Shown piece by piece: positions 37,452-49,812 of a stretch of 64,000 nt of DNA. The stretch is from Somniosus microcephalus (lineage: Eukaryota). The DNA lies in the NCBI GenBank assembly GCA_052327205.1, contig CM126224.1:23560001-23624000 (forward strand), in the 5' to 3' direction. Position numbers and translations under genes: made by a program. The notes below the pieces were generated by a model. It did not search any database, was not told the origin of the DNA, and was given only the letters and a program-made list of their open reading frames with translations. Numbering within the stretch: position 1 is the stretch's first letter; every line of letters begins with the position of its first letter.

Positions 37452-40400
37452 AAACTCTCACCCGAGTCAGGAGGCTGTTGGTTCAAACTTTACTCTAAGA
37501 CTCAAACCACATAACCTAGTTTGGCACTTCCAATGCTGCGCAGAGCAATCGTTACCTAGTTGGAATGACCACCTTTTGGATAAAATGGTAGTGTCGCTTT
37601 TCCGAGTCTTGCATTGAAAAAAATCACAAGCTCACTGCACAAGATATGCAAAGTACCTCACAATAGCTGAGGATTCAGGGAATCTATTCTACTGAACCAG
37701 TGGTTCAGCTGGATGTGAACGATCCCATTAAACTATCTGAACAACATGAATTTCTACAGTACTGGCCAACATTTGCCCTCAACCGACAACAGATTAACTG
37801 ATTATTCACCTCATGGTAATTCTGGGATCCTGTTGGGTGTAAAAATGCCTGCCACAGTTACCACACTTCAAACTCATTTATTTTATGTGAAGTGCTTGGA
37901 GAGATGTGGTAAGATCCTATATAAATACAAGGTTGTCTCTCTTATTTTCCAGTCGTCAGTAGTCTCAGCAACATCAGCTGATTAGGAGAGATCAGTGATT
38001 ATTAACCAGAATGAAGAGAACCAAGTTGTTCCAAGACTTCCATCAGCCTCCTCCCCCAATTGGAGCTAGGGCACTATGCCAGACAAGATTCCTACACAGT
38101 GGCTCCCACTAAGAGGCATATAATTAGAGATACTGGTTGACAGATAGGATCATGTTCAGTTATGATGTTTCTAGTCGGTCCTTCCCATAGTTACAGTCAA
38201 CACTGAAAGGAAAGGGTGCTTGGGTAAGGCTACCAGTGCCTATAAAACTTTATCCCAACATGATCCATAATAGGGAGGATAAGGGGAGAACTTTGGGAAA
38301 GGAAAAACCGGTCATCATATCTCCCTGTAAGGGGAGGGATCAAGAGTCACAGCCAGATGGTCACTACTGCCTCCTAGTGGCCAGCTGCAGTCGGTATTGG
38401 TGGCAGTCCAGGGAAGAGGGCAAGGTGGCCAAAATAAGGGGATTCATTGCAGAGATGAAAAAAGGGAAGCATACCAAATATGAATTTTTAAGAAAGCAGA
38501 AAATCAGAAAGATGGGCCATCAGGTGAGGGAGGTTGGTGATTCGTGATAGAACATACCTCCACTGCTGTACTCAAGTGTCAGCACCAACCCAGTATAATT
38601 ATCAGCATCAAACTTCCCTAGCACAAGGCTGTGTAAGGAGATCATTACTCTTAACAGGCGTCTCAATGCCAAACTTAGAAATGGTCAACTTGCAACAGAA
38701 AAAGAAACTATCTAAAATGTGGGATAGCACAGAAAGTACCTCAAATTAAATGCTCAATGCTCAATGAATAAAACGCATGGCTTTTTTAAAAATTAAGGAC
38801 ATGATGCGTCGACATTGCTCAATGTAACTCCACTTTGAGTCAGCTGGGAATTCTAGAAACAAGGCTAACATTATGGAGTTGAAATAGGAGAACGAGAGCA
38901 GCTCTGTAATTATCGGATCTGTGTCACTGTGTATTTTACAGCTACTCAAAGATGGTCTTAAGAGTCACTAAGGGTTTCTGGATTTACTTGCTTCTGTTCT
39001 GCATAACCCAGTATTCCAGTATCTGTTATCAGATGGCAGATAAACCATTAATCAAAATCTATCACTGTTTCAATAACATTGTTAAATGCAATACCTTTGA
39101 AACCATTGTTCCGAAGATCCCTTCAACAGTACCTGGTTGTCACTTTTTATTTCTGTGTAACCGATAGTTCAAGGCCTCAATATAGTTTTTCGCCAACATT
39201 CAGTCACCTTTGTGTACAGGTTTTTAACAACATAATAATGGAGACAGTCTGTCAGCAGTGAAATGGACAACAGCTAAGAGGAACATTCCAGCAGTATTAG
39301 CATGGTTTGAGAAGCTGAGACTGCCTTACATCATCATTGTGCCTTGAGGTAAAACCTTATCTGTGAACGCATAAGAAGCCTCTGTGCAATTGGAGACATC
39401 TGTTTTGATTTTCATTTCTTCGCGTTATAATTGCCGATTGGTACACGGCTTAGGAATGTACACCAATCCTTTGGAGCTTGGCAATGGCACAATGTGATGA
39501 GCACTCCTCTAAAGTCAATCTCCACTTAGCCAAGGATTTCGTAGCTTCTCCTGCCTTTATTCAATCCCACAGTTAGGAGACATCTGTCAGCAGAGAAGTG
39601 GAGTAATGATATCTTTTAAACTCAAGTTGGTTGTCCTTTGGCCTTTTGAAAGAACTACTTCAAGGCTTCTTGAAAACATAAATATCCTGCAAATCCCTTG
39701 GCATAAAAGGCAGCTACTCACCCGCCATTCTTATTAAAACTGGGGGAAATTGTTGGTGCTTTTGAGGACAGGGAGACTGGATGAGCTCTGTTGCGATCAC
39801 ATCAAGCACAAACGATACTACTGTATTACAGTTTTGGGTACTGTTGCACCATTTTCTCATTCAACGCCATGGCGATAGATACAGTCTGCTTACAGTACCT
39901 CTTGAGATCTGAAATTTACACTTTTCACCTTCTAATCTAGGCTTCCATTTCAGTGCAGTACGTGCAGTCTTTCGGAGGAGACATTTAACCAAGACCATGT
40001 CTGCTTGTTCAAATGGATGTAGAAGGCCCCATAGTACTTTCTTCCCCTCACCCCCACAAACCCCGCAAAAAAAACAGGGGGCACTTTTGATGTCCTGGCC
40101 AGCACTCAACCAACATTATCAAACCCATTCATCTCATTTGTTCTTTGTGCGACCTTGCTGTTTAAGCCGCTGCTGAATAGAATGATGTGGACCCCCGAGA
40201 TTCACAGTGGTCCCAAATGTGGTATCACTAATGAATTAAGCATAATCTTGTGTTATGGTTCCACAGTCAGAACAAAAAATGGCCCAGAATTTTCTGGGAA
40301 AATAGCAGCAAGTGCGCACGCCATGATTAGTGCGAGAAAAAAAAGTTGTGGGCGAGGAAGGGAGATCACACGAGTTGCAAATCGCTGCAATTTGCTGGAT

Positions 40401-40690
40401 GATTTGCACTGCTCCGCCGTTAGCCTTGCAAAATCGGGAGCTCGCCCTCAACCGCCTTGAGAGTTAAGAAATTGCTGCATGTGCACTGTTAAAATGAATT
40501 AAGCTCGCTGCAGAAAGTTAGGGCTGGTATTTAATGACACAAAATGACGATATTTATGTTCCTGCAATGCCATTCAACCTCGAAGGCCCAGAAAGGGAAC
40601 AATTGAAACTGGTGTCTCATTCCAGAAGGTAGTAAATTGTTCAGAGGAGTTTAAAAAAAAATTTTAATGTTTTTTTCTTACTTTTCCTTT

Positions 40691-41026
40691 CATAGAATGA
40701 TACAGCATAGGAGGCCATTCAGCCCATCGTGCCTGTGCCGGCTCTTTGGTAGAGCTATCCAAATTAATCCCACCCCCTGCTCTTTCCCCACAGCCCTGTA
40801 AAAATTTTCCAGTTCTCTTTTGAAGGGAACTATTGAATCTGCTTCCACCACCCTTTCAGGCAGTGCATTCCAGATCACAACAACTTGCTATGTAAAAAGA
40901 AGTTTCCTCCCGTCGCTTCTGGTTCTTTTGCCCTCTGGTTACTGACCCTTCTGCGACTGGAAAGAGTCTCTCTATATTTACTCTGTCAAAACTACGATTT
41001 TGAACATCTAACATCAAATCTCCTCT
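40691..41026 (-). mobile_element. CR1 3'-end fragment
   Basis: IWNALPERVVEADSI..FKREL plus CR1 3' hairpin and tail. Confidence 0.8.
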
Positions 41027-41367
41027 TTTTGTCCCTTGTTGGAAGTCAGTGGTGTCCAAAATGTATATGGTTATGCGGATAAAATTGTGACACGAATAAT
41101 GCTGTGCTTACATGATGGTATTAGAACTAGAGACAAAAAGTCTCTTCATACTGGTGTTAGAATAACTAGATAGAAGCTTAGAATCTGCTTATGTTTTGGC
41201 TCCCTGCGGATGTTATAACGTTTTGCACTGTGACAGTCACATATGACCTTGTTTCCAGGCTAGCTGTCTGCTGTTTGTGTGCTAGGAAGGTTGTTTTATG
41301 TATCTTTAATTTGACCAACCAAGGTCCAAAGCCAATGTTTCTTCCATTACTGCTAATAACCATATTT

Positions 41368-42126
41368 TGGCCCAGAAATTCGGGTCCCCACGGGTGAGTA
41401 CACACGGGGTACTCACCCATAAGCCCAATGGAGGTGCCGGTTTCCTGCATGCACTGCGCATGCGTGGGAAACTGGCACTTCCGTTCCCCTGAAAGAAGGG
41501 GTTCAGGAGGTGGAACGCGTGCGCAGGAGAGGCAGCGCGTGCGCATCGAACTTACATTTTTTTTTGCAGGTTTTCCCGGGAGGGTAAGTCTCCAGGAGTT
41601 ACACTTTTAAAAAGCAGGCGCAAGGCCTGCTTTTCACAAGGTAAGTAGTGAATTAATTAAAATTAAAACATTTTTTCCACAGGTTTATTATTTTTAAATA
41701 CTTTAAAGAAAGGTAAGTTTATTTTTAGCCCCGTTAGAAATAAAATTATTTTTTTCAAAAATTTAAATTATTGCTTAAAATAGTTATTTCATGTAATTTA
41801 TAGTTTATTTAAAAAATGTGATTAAAAAAAAAATTATTTGAAGATTTAGTGATGTTTTGGGGCTTGTTGTATTTATAAGTTTGACAGCCTTTCCTGTCAA
41901 ACTTATGAATGAAGCATTCCCTGCTCAGATTGGCTCTCCATGGCCCACGTGATCCCAGGAGACACATCGAACTAACTGCGCCCCGGGGATACACAAGCAC
42001 TGTGCGCCGGCAGTTGGAGCAGGCCCAGGATCGGAATCCCACGCGGGCCCACAGCTCAATGGCCGGCGCGCAAGGTAAGTGCAGGTCGGGGGCTTACACC
42101 CGCGGGAAGCCTCCAACCCAAATTTC
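41368..42126 (-). mobile_element. Harbinger-type MITE of the same family as 60077-62341, opposite orientation, one end clipped
   Basis: Begins TGGCCCAGAAATTC. Its two subterminal regions are homologous to the two ends of 60077-62341. Confidence 0.7.
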
Positions 42127-42571
42127 ATTATAATGCGAAGTTAGGATTTTGACTTTGTTTAATAAAACTGCTTTAAAAAACTGCTTTAAAATGCGTAAGT
42201 TAACCAATGTTTGAGAATAGATTAGAAGATAGCTTTGGGAATTTAATGATTCATCCCATGGCACAATAGTCTGATAATGAAAGAGTTTGTTTTGCATAGC
42301 TAAAGCTGCATGAACAGAAATAACTGATAAACAAGGTTACGGACATCTGATGGCCGAGAATGGCATGTCTGACTCCAAACTAGGGAGGATAGGGACAAGG
42401 GAGATAAGAGAAATGGGTAGGCCTTCAAAATGTATAAACAATAAAGCATGTGTAATGATTGTGAAGACCCTTCCTGGAGGATGGATCTTCATTTCGAAGT
42501 TGAGACAAAGAACTCAACGTGCCATTGGGCAGCTTGGTCTAGGAAGAGCCCTTACAGGTTAAATGGTCCCG

Positions 42572-45424
42572 TGTAGGTATTGTCGTATACCTATCCAATA
42601 ACGGAGGTCGACTCGGAAGAACAACAAACAGGTTTTTAATGTTGGATTAGATGAACTACAGCAGACAACGTGGATAGATGCAGGAGAGCTGTGGAACAGG
42701 TCTTTCCCCAGCGGGGACACCACGAGGACTTGCGACGTGACGTCATCGCGTTTGCCCGCGCTTGGGGTGGTCACGTGACTCATGTGATGACGTTATCATG
42801 TCTACCCGGCACCCGGCATTGGAGCTGGCCGTTGCGGCCGAAGTCGCGGGAGCGGGAGGCTGAGCTGGGCCGGTGATTGCCGCGGGAGCGGAGGCCGAGC
42901 TGGGCCAGCTCGCGCCTGGGTGTCACGTGATGCGCGACGTGACATCATTGTGTTAGGTCTCACTCTTAAAGGGGCAAAGGCCCGAACAGGTAAACTATAC
43001 ATATACATAGGTAAGTTAAAGGGAATTATGTATCATAAGTAAGGGACACCCGGTGGTACCGCTAGATGCGCCGCCCCAGAATTTGCTTTAATGAACGACA
43101 AAAGGTGAGGTAGTCTGAAGAGCCTGTCCGAACGACTCCTGCAGTCTCGAGACGAAGACTGCTGGGTGGCTGGCGGTCCGGTGGGCGATCGTGCTTGGCC
43201 TGCCGTAATGACGATGGATGTCCGAAGGTTTCGGCAGTCGTGCTGTCTGGACTTGGCGGGCGAGGTCGAAAGGTGCTGGTCGTGAGCGGATCCTTGCATG
43301 CGTCGTGGCGAATAATACGTATCCAGCCGTGCGAAGGACCGTGGCGTCATGGCGAATAAAATGTATTCAGCCATGCGAAGGACCGTGGAGACATGTGACC
43401 TCTGCAGCCCGTGGTTCAAAGCGGGCGCCGGGGTGAAACAGCTGGCCGCGTCATAGTGACTGGCAGGTTGGGCAGACGCGGACCATGGCTCCGTCATTGT
43501 TGGAAGAAGGTCCTCAGTCTGATGAAATCTGCAGGAACGCCGAACGGGCGATCCAGGAGGAAATAACGTGGGTCTTGGCAGGTCGGTGGACTCGCCGACA
43601 GGTGAGCGAACTCTTTGGCAGTCGGAAACGCACGGAACGGTGCGTGCCGTAGTGCTACTATGGCAACACAGAAGCGAGTGAACCGTTGCTGCGTTGATCA
43701 GTGATCGGTGATGACAGCAACTTTCGCGTGGCTGATCGCGGCCGCGGGATACCCGTTGAACCCGCCCTCGATGTTTGCAGCATCAGTAGAGGTTCGTGCT
43801 TGTTGAGGGGAACACTGTAGAGAGGACGGCAACGCTTCGAGTTGTTGTTGATTTAGGGGGAAAACTGCCGGGAGGGCGGCAACGCTTCGCTTTTGCGCCG
43901 AAAAGCGTGGTAGAAAACACAACCAGCAGGCTGACGGGCTGGTGCGTCATCGGCAGGGAATGAGTCTTCGTGTTTCACGAGGGATGGGTCCTCGTGGTTC
44001 GCGAGGAGTGCGTCCTTCTGGTTCGCGAGGGATGGGTCCTCATGGTTCGCGAGGGATGGGTCCTCGTGGGTCGCGAGGGATGGGCCCTCGTGTGTCGCGA
44101 GGAGTGCGTCCTCGTGGTTCGTGAGGAGCGAGTCCTCATGGCATCTCCGCGGGGGTGCGCTCCGATCTTGTGGGCCCGAAAACCTGCGGAACCCACGCTT
44201 GGAGGGATGTATACTTGCTGTTGCGTTGGGAGATGTCGTGGAGGCGGACGATCCATGAGGCGGTAGAGCTGACGAATATGGAGAACTCGTTGGTCTGCGC
44301 CGCATCGAAGTTCTTGGCGAACGGGGTTTCTACCTGAAGAAAGCACGAGGGCGGTTGCTGCTCCCTGAATTGCGGTAGTGACAGTGAAACGGCTGATGCT
44401 TCCATGGCGTGCTTCTTTTGTGAAAATTGTTCACAAAAATCGGGGTCCGGCTGCGTTACGTTTGTGAAAAACGGGATCACCTTCAGGCTGCGCTTCCTTT
44501 GCGAATACGTTCCCAAAGACAGGGCCGCCATACGTCGTTGGCCAGCAATTGTAGGAATTGGTGTTCGTCGGTTGTTGCTTGTCGGTTGTTGTTCACCGTG
44601 CTCTTCCTCTGTGAAATCGTTCACAGAGATGGGGTTCAGGCTGTGCGCTGCTTCCGTGAAAAATGTTCACGGAAAACGGGGTCACCAATTGTAGGTTTTG
44701 ATGAATTCCCGTCCTCACGTCGTTGGGTCACCAATGTAGGAATTGGTGGTCGTCGGTTGTTGTTCGCCGGTTGTTGTTTGTCGGGCTCTTCTTCTGTGAA
44801 AGCGTTCACATAAATTCGGCTGTGCACGTCGGTCGTCTGTGAAGACGAGGTTCAGGCTGTGAGCTTCTTCCGTGAAAAACGTTCACGGAGGCGGGGTCAC
44901 CAATGTAGGTATTGTCGTATACCTATCCAATAACGGAGGTCGACTCGGAAGAACAACAAACAGGTTTTAATGTTGGATTAGCTGAAATACAGCAGACAAT
45001 GTGGATAGATGCAGGAGAGCTGTGGAACAGGTCTTTCCCCAGCGGGGACGCCACGAGGACTTGCGACGTGATGCCATCGTGTTTGCCTGCGCTTGGGGCG
45101 GTCACGTGACTCACGTGATGATGTTATCACGTCTACCTGGCACCCGGCATTGGAGCTGGCCGTTGCGGCCGAAGTTGCGGGAGCGGGAGGCCGAGCTGGG
45201 CCGGCGATTGCCGCGGGAGCGGGAGGCCGAGCCAGGCTGGCGATTGCCGTGGGAGCGGGAGGCCGAGCTGGGCCGGCTCGCGCCTGGGTGAGTCACGTGA
45301 TGTCATTGCGTTAGGTCGCACTCTTTAAGGGGCAACGGCTCGAACAGGTAAACTATACATATACATAGGTAAGTTAAAGGGAATTATGTATCATAAGTAA
45401 GGGACACCCGGAGGTACCGCTACA
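42572..45424 (-). mobile_element. Non-autonomous CsRn1-like Gypsy element (gag and integrase remnants, no RT)
   Basis: LTRs 42572-43066 and 44904-45424; 4-bp TSD CCCG; minus-strand PBS TGGTGACCCC complementary to the tRNA-Trp 3' end. Gag remnant AVSLSLPQF..QQP..F.QVE..F and CVFYH knuckle. Internal region only ~1.8 kb. Confidence 0.85.
43965..44140. repeat. 24-bp tandem repeat (about 7 copies, HEDPSLAN in the minus frame)
   Basis: Repeated GTCCTCGTGGTTCGCGAGGGATGG-type units. Confidence 0.85.
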
Positions 45425-46242
45425 CCCGTCCATATTTTACATCAGGCTCACCCCTAAAAAAGGGAATAAGAGAAAGACCTGAAAAGCCCTTAGCACAGAC
45501 GGTGGAGAGGAGAGCCATACAAGAGTGGAGCTGGTCTAACACTCTTCCGGGAGTGGAATCAACCCATTCTTGGAGGTTCTAGACGAGAGGGATAAAGGCC
45601 ATAAGCCGGAGAACTGTTTGCACATGCCAGCCGTCTGTCTGTCCGATTGGGGCCGGTACCAGCTGCTTGTCACAGTCATATGTTTTTGCTGTATAACTAA
45701 TGTGTTATATTCCATCTTAAGCTCTGATTAAACACAATGGCCTAGAAATTCAGTTGGGCGCGGCAGCCGTTAGCGCCTTAGGAGGAGTAGATTTCGAGCG
45801 CTAGGCGCTTAGTGGCCGGGCGCAGCGCGATCTGCGCCTCGCCCCAACTTCAGTACACATTTAGCGCTGGCGCAAAGTCTTAGCGCGCCCTGCTGCGCGC
45901 GCACATCATGACGTCATTTGCTAGTGCAACGCCTTTTGTGCGCCCCGAACCGGAACTTCACTCGCGCCGGCCCATTGTGCGCCGGGCGGCCCGAGCGACT
46001 GTGAAGTGGAACGGTACACAGCCCAGCCAGGCCGCGGGGAGCGCAAATTAAAGGGCACTTACCCAGCAGTATAAAGGCCAGCCATTTTACAGCATTCACT
46101 CTTGTGCAACGGTTTTTTGGACAGAGACCAAGGAGGAGAGTTTACTGGTTTGGACCAACACTTGGACAGGTATTTTTGGCTCAGGCCAGAGCTTACCAAT
46201 TATCTTTGCCTTCATTCAGAGCTCAGTGTTTGCCAGCATATA

Positions 46243-47388
46243 ATGGGGGCTGCATTGGGTGGCAACGCTGAATTTCAGCCTTATGCCAGAAGGGCTTACA
46301 GACGCCGTGAGAGAGTGGCAGCCCTGGCTAGACGCAGAGGGGGCAACAGGCGTCGCCAACTGAGGCCTTACCCACGCAGGGTATACCGCCAGCAGACCTC
46401 CTATCTGACCATGTCTGCCGCGATGTGTGTTAGGAGGCTGCGATTCCGAAGGGAGGTGGTTACAGACATCTGCCGGCTGCTTCAGAGAGATCTGCAGCCA
46501 CAGCTGATGCGCAGGACGTCTCTGTCGGTGGCAGTGAAGGTGATGGTGGCTCTCAACTTCTATGCCTCCGGCTCCTTCCAATCCGCTACTGGGGACATCG
46601 CTAACATCTCCCAGTTCGCCGTGCATTGCTGCATCCGCCAGGTGACCGAAGCCCTTTTCAGAAGGAGACATCAATTCATCTCCTTCCCCATGACCCTGGA
46701 CAAGCAGCAGCAGCGTGCAGTGGGGTTTGCAAGAATAGCGGGCTTCCCCATGGTGCAGGGCGCCATTGACTGCATGCATGTGGCTTTGCGGGCACCTCTT
46801 GAGCATGCCGAGGATTACCGCAACCGGAAGGGCTACCATTCCCTCAATGTACAGCTGGTGTGTGACCACAGGCAGCGCATCCTAGCTGTCAATGCCCGCT
46901 ATCCAGGCAGCAGCCACGATGCCTTTATCCTGCGACAGACAACTGTGGCTGACATGTTCCAGGCACAGCCTCCCCCAAGAGGATGGCTTATCGGGGACAA
47001 AGGCTATCCTTTGTGTACCTGGCTCATGACCCCGCTCCGCGCGCCCACGACCCCTGCTGAAGAGGCATACAACGAGAGCCATCAAGCGACGAGGAACCTC
47101 ATAGAACAAACAATCGGCGTGCTCAAGCAACGGTTCCGCTGTCTCGATCGCTCCGGGGGAGCCCTCCAGTATTCGCAGGATCGAGTCTCCCAATTCGTCG
47201 TCGTTTGCTGCATGCTGCACAACCTGGCTATCCGCAGGACTCAGGTACTGCCACCTCACGTTGGACCACCACCTCAGGAGGAGGAGCAGGAGGAGCATGA
47301 GGACGACGAGGACGAGGAGTACCAGCCCAGGAGGGACGCACAAGGTCCAAGGGCCGCCCGTCAGCGGCTTATTGAACGTCACTTCTAG
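46243..47388 (+). CDS. Harbinger DDE transposase (HARBI1-like), intact 381-aa ORF
   Basis: GAIDCMHV, NRKGYHSLNVQLVCD, YPGSSHDAFIL, GDKGY, IEQTIGVLKQRFRCL, CCMLHN. TATAAA at ~46070. Confidence 0.93.
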   Translation: MGAALGGNAEFQPYARRAYRRRERVAALARRRGGNRRRQLRPYPRRVYRQQTSYLTMSAAMCVRRLRFRREVVTDICRLLQRDLQPQLMRRTSLSVAVKVMVALNFYASGSFQSATGDIANISQFAVHCCIRQVTEALFRRRHQFISFPMTLDKQQQRAVGFARIAGFPMVQGAIDCMHVALRAPLEHAEDYRNRKGYHSLNVQLVCDHRQRILAVNARYPGSSHDAFILRQTTVADMFQAQPPPRGWLIGDKGYPLCTWLMTPLRAPTTPAEEAYNESHQATRNLIEQTIGVLKQRFRCLDRSGGALQYSQDRVSQFVVVCCMLHNLAIRRTQVLPPHVGPPPQEEEQEEHEDDEDEEYQPRRDAQGPRAARQRLIERHF

Positions 47389-47764
47389 GCCCCCCGTCAG
47401 GGAATGGCTTGTGCCAATGATAGAACATGATTGCAGCCGTTCCGCAAGCCCTCAGCCGGTTAAGGCAACAAACACTTCAAAGATCAAACATGGACAATGT
47501 GAATAAATAAAATGGTTTATTGTACAAACTCTGGGCCCTTCCCACATGAAAACCAAAAACAGACGAAACCCCCAAAAAACACTCAAACACATTACTCGCT
47601 CCCACAACCTGGAGAGGATTAACAAAATAGGGCAACTAAAATGGCCGTCATTCTCGGCCTTCGTCAAAAACAAACATCACATCATCGGCCTTCAAAAAAC
47701 AAACATCCAATTCTCGGCCTCAAGAAACAAACACAAATGGCCACACATTCGACTATTTGGCCCG

Positions 47765-49812
47765 CTAGGGCGATGCCTTGGCCATCTTTGGGTGGCCCCT
47801 GCCCGCCCTGCTGCTCCGCCTCAAAGTAAGGCCATTGGCTGCTGCAAGGCTGGGGGCAGGCTCCTGAGGGGCACATGTCGTGACGGCAGATGCCCTTGGG
47901 GGTCGGCCTAGTCGAGGTCTGGCCGTCGAGCGGGCGGCTGTTGATTGCTGCAGCTGTGGCTGGCCAGCATCAGTCACTGCAGCAGCTCCTGGCAGCTCCA
48001 CTGGGGGACTGGCAGTGGCGGCTGGAGGAATGGCAGAAGCTGGCGGATGGCAGGCGCTCGCTGGTCACCTGAGACACTGGCACTCGCCCGGGCCAGCACT
48101 GCAGCATGCGCACCAATCTGCCGAGGGACAGACCGCTGTGCTGCTGCAGCGCGCCGGGTGGCCTGGCGATGCCTGGCTGACACAGCGAGTGTGGCAGCAG
48201 TGAGTGCCCGTGTTGACCTGTTCACTGACCGCATCAGAGCAGCCAGTGACTGGACGGCACCACTGATCACCTGGCCAGTCGCTGACAGAGCTGCCCCGAA
48301 TTCCGCCCGACTCGCTGCCTGATCTGCCCGGTATTCCGCCCGACTGGTGGCCTCTGAGGGCCCGAACTCGGCCACACTCCGAGAGAGGGAATCGATGGAC
48401 TCAGGCAACCGTGCCACTGCCGCCATGAGCTCCGTGTGCCGGCGCTCCGAGTCCGCGGACAAGTCTTCGAGGCGTTCCATCTCCTCGGCGAAGAGCATCT
48501 CCTGACTGGAGGCCGGACTCTCCCTCTGGGGAGAAGGCCGCCGAGCTGGCCGACCCTTCCTGCGTTGCTGGAGGCCGCTGGGCCCAGCAATTGGACTCCC
48601 CTCCGACACTTCCCCCCTCTGGGGAGAAGGCCACCGAGCTTCCACCCCCCTCCCGCCTTTCTGCAGCCCGCAGGTCCCAGGAGCTCCCCTCCCCTTCGAC
48701 ACTTCCGCCACGCTGCCCTCCAGGGAAGACGTGTCCCCTACATTGGCCTGGGTGGCCGCGGCTGAGGGTTCCCCTGATGGGCCGCCTTCCTCTTGCTCCT
48801 CCTCCTGCTCCTCTTCGGAGGGTCTGTCACTGGCAAGTTCAGGGACCTCCTCTTCACCATCTGAAAGCAGGAAGGCACAAGAGTAGCTTTAGAGTGAGGA
48901 GAGGGCGTCAGTGCGGGATGCATGAGTGGTGGCATTCAGCGCATTGGTCGGACAGTGGCAAAGGATGTAGATCTGATGCGCAAGTGGGACGAGAGAGGTG
49001 CAAAAGGTGATGTCCTTACCATTGCTGCCCAGAACAGGGTCGGCATCTCCACATGCAACGGGCCCAATCACCCGGCCACCCATGAGGCGCTCCACGCGAT
49101 GTTGCAGGTCGGTGAGTGGCTGGATATGGGGTCGGCCTCCCCCGGTCGCAGTCCGGCTCTTGCGATTATTCGCCAGCTTGGCCTGCAAGAGAAAGGACGG
49201 CCTCTAAGTACAGTGTGTCGCCGTGATCTTGTGTGCACTGCCTCCCATGGTGGAATAGCCTGGCCAGTGTGTCGCCATGATCTGGTGTGCACTGCCTCCC
49301 ATGGTGGAATAGCCTGGCCAGTGTGTCGCCATGATCTGGTGTGCACTGCCTCCCATGGTGGAATAGCCTGGCCAGTGTGTCGCCATGATCTGGTGTGCAC
49401 TGCCTCCCATGGTGGAATAGCCTGGCCAGTGTGTTAAGTGCAGAATGTGCAATTGATGCTCATGCCTGTCCCATAGCTGCTGGATGAAGGCTGGCCATTA
49501 GAGCTTTCAGGTCCCTTTGCCCATAATGTGAGGTGCACATGCAAGGATGAGGAGGTCACTGGAAAGGGTACTCACCCTGACAATGCGTGTGAGGTCATTT
49601 AACTTTTTGCGGCATTGGGCACCGCTCCTGGGGACGTCGCTGTTGGCTGACAGCTTGCTGGCGACATGCCTCCAGGCTCTCCTGTAGACGCGGACCGTCG
49701 CCTTCTTGCCATTGTCCGGGTACAAAACATGGCGCCTCTTCTCCACAGCAGCAATCAGCACACTCAGATCACGCTCTGAGAAGCGCTGCGCACGTTCACG
49801 GGCCTTCTCCAT
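47765..49812 (-). CDS. Harbinger Myb/SANT-like DNA-binding protein, 3 exons (49812-49576, 49182-49020, 48860 to 47974 or 47765), probable frameshift near 48060
   Basis: RFSERDL..L..AVEKRRHVLYP...AWRHVA...RSGAQCRKKLNDL; donors GTGAGT and GTAAGG, CAG acceptors, compatible phases. The homologous C-terminus (GRPP...LRRSSR) lies in another frame. Confidence 0.85.
49211..49434. repeat. 54-bp tandem repeat (about 4 copies) in intron 1 of the Myb-like gene
   Basis: CAGTGTGTCGCCATGATCTGGTGTGCACTGCCTCCCATGGTGGAATAGCCTGGC repeated almost identically. Confidence 0.95.

Noticed and set aside
46102-47388. Domesticated host HARBI1 gene
   Set aside because: Lies within TIRs beside a Myb partner gene and inside a solo LTR, so it is a transposon ORF. 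The upstream TTG start is unlikely; ATG 46243 matches the relic at ~26659.
49211-49434. Regular repeats that might suggest a CRISPR array (also 43965-44140 and 20555-20760)
   Set aside because: Pure tandem repeats with no unique spacers, no cas genes, and a eukaryotic context.
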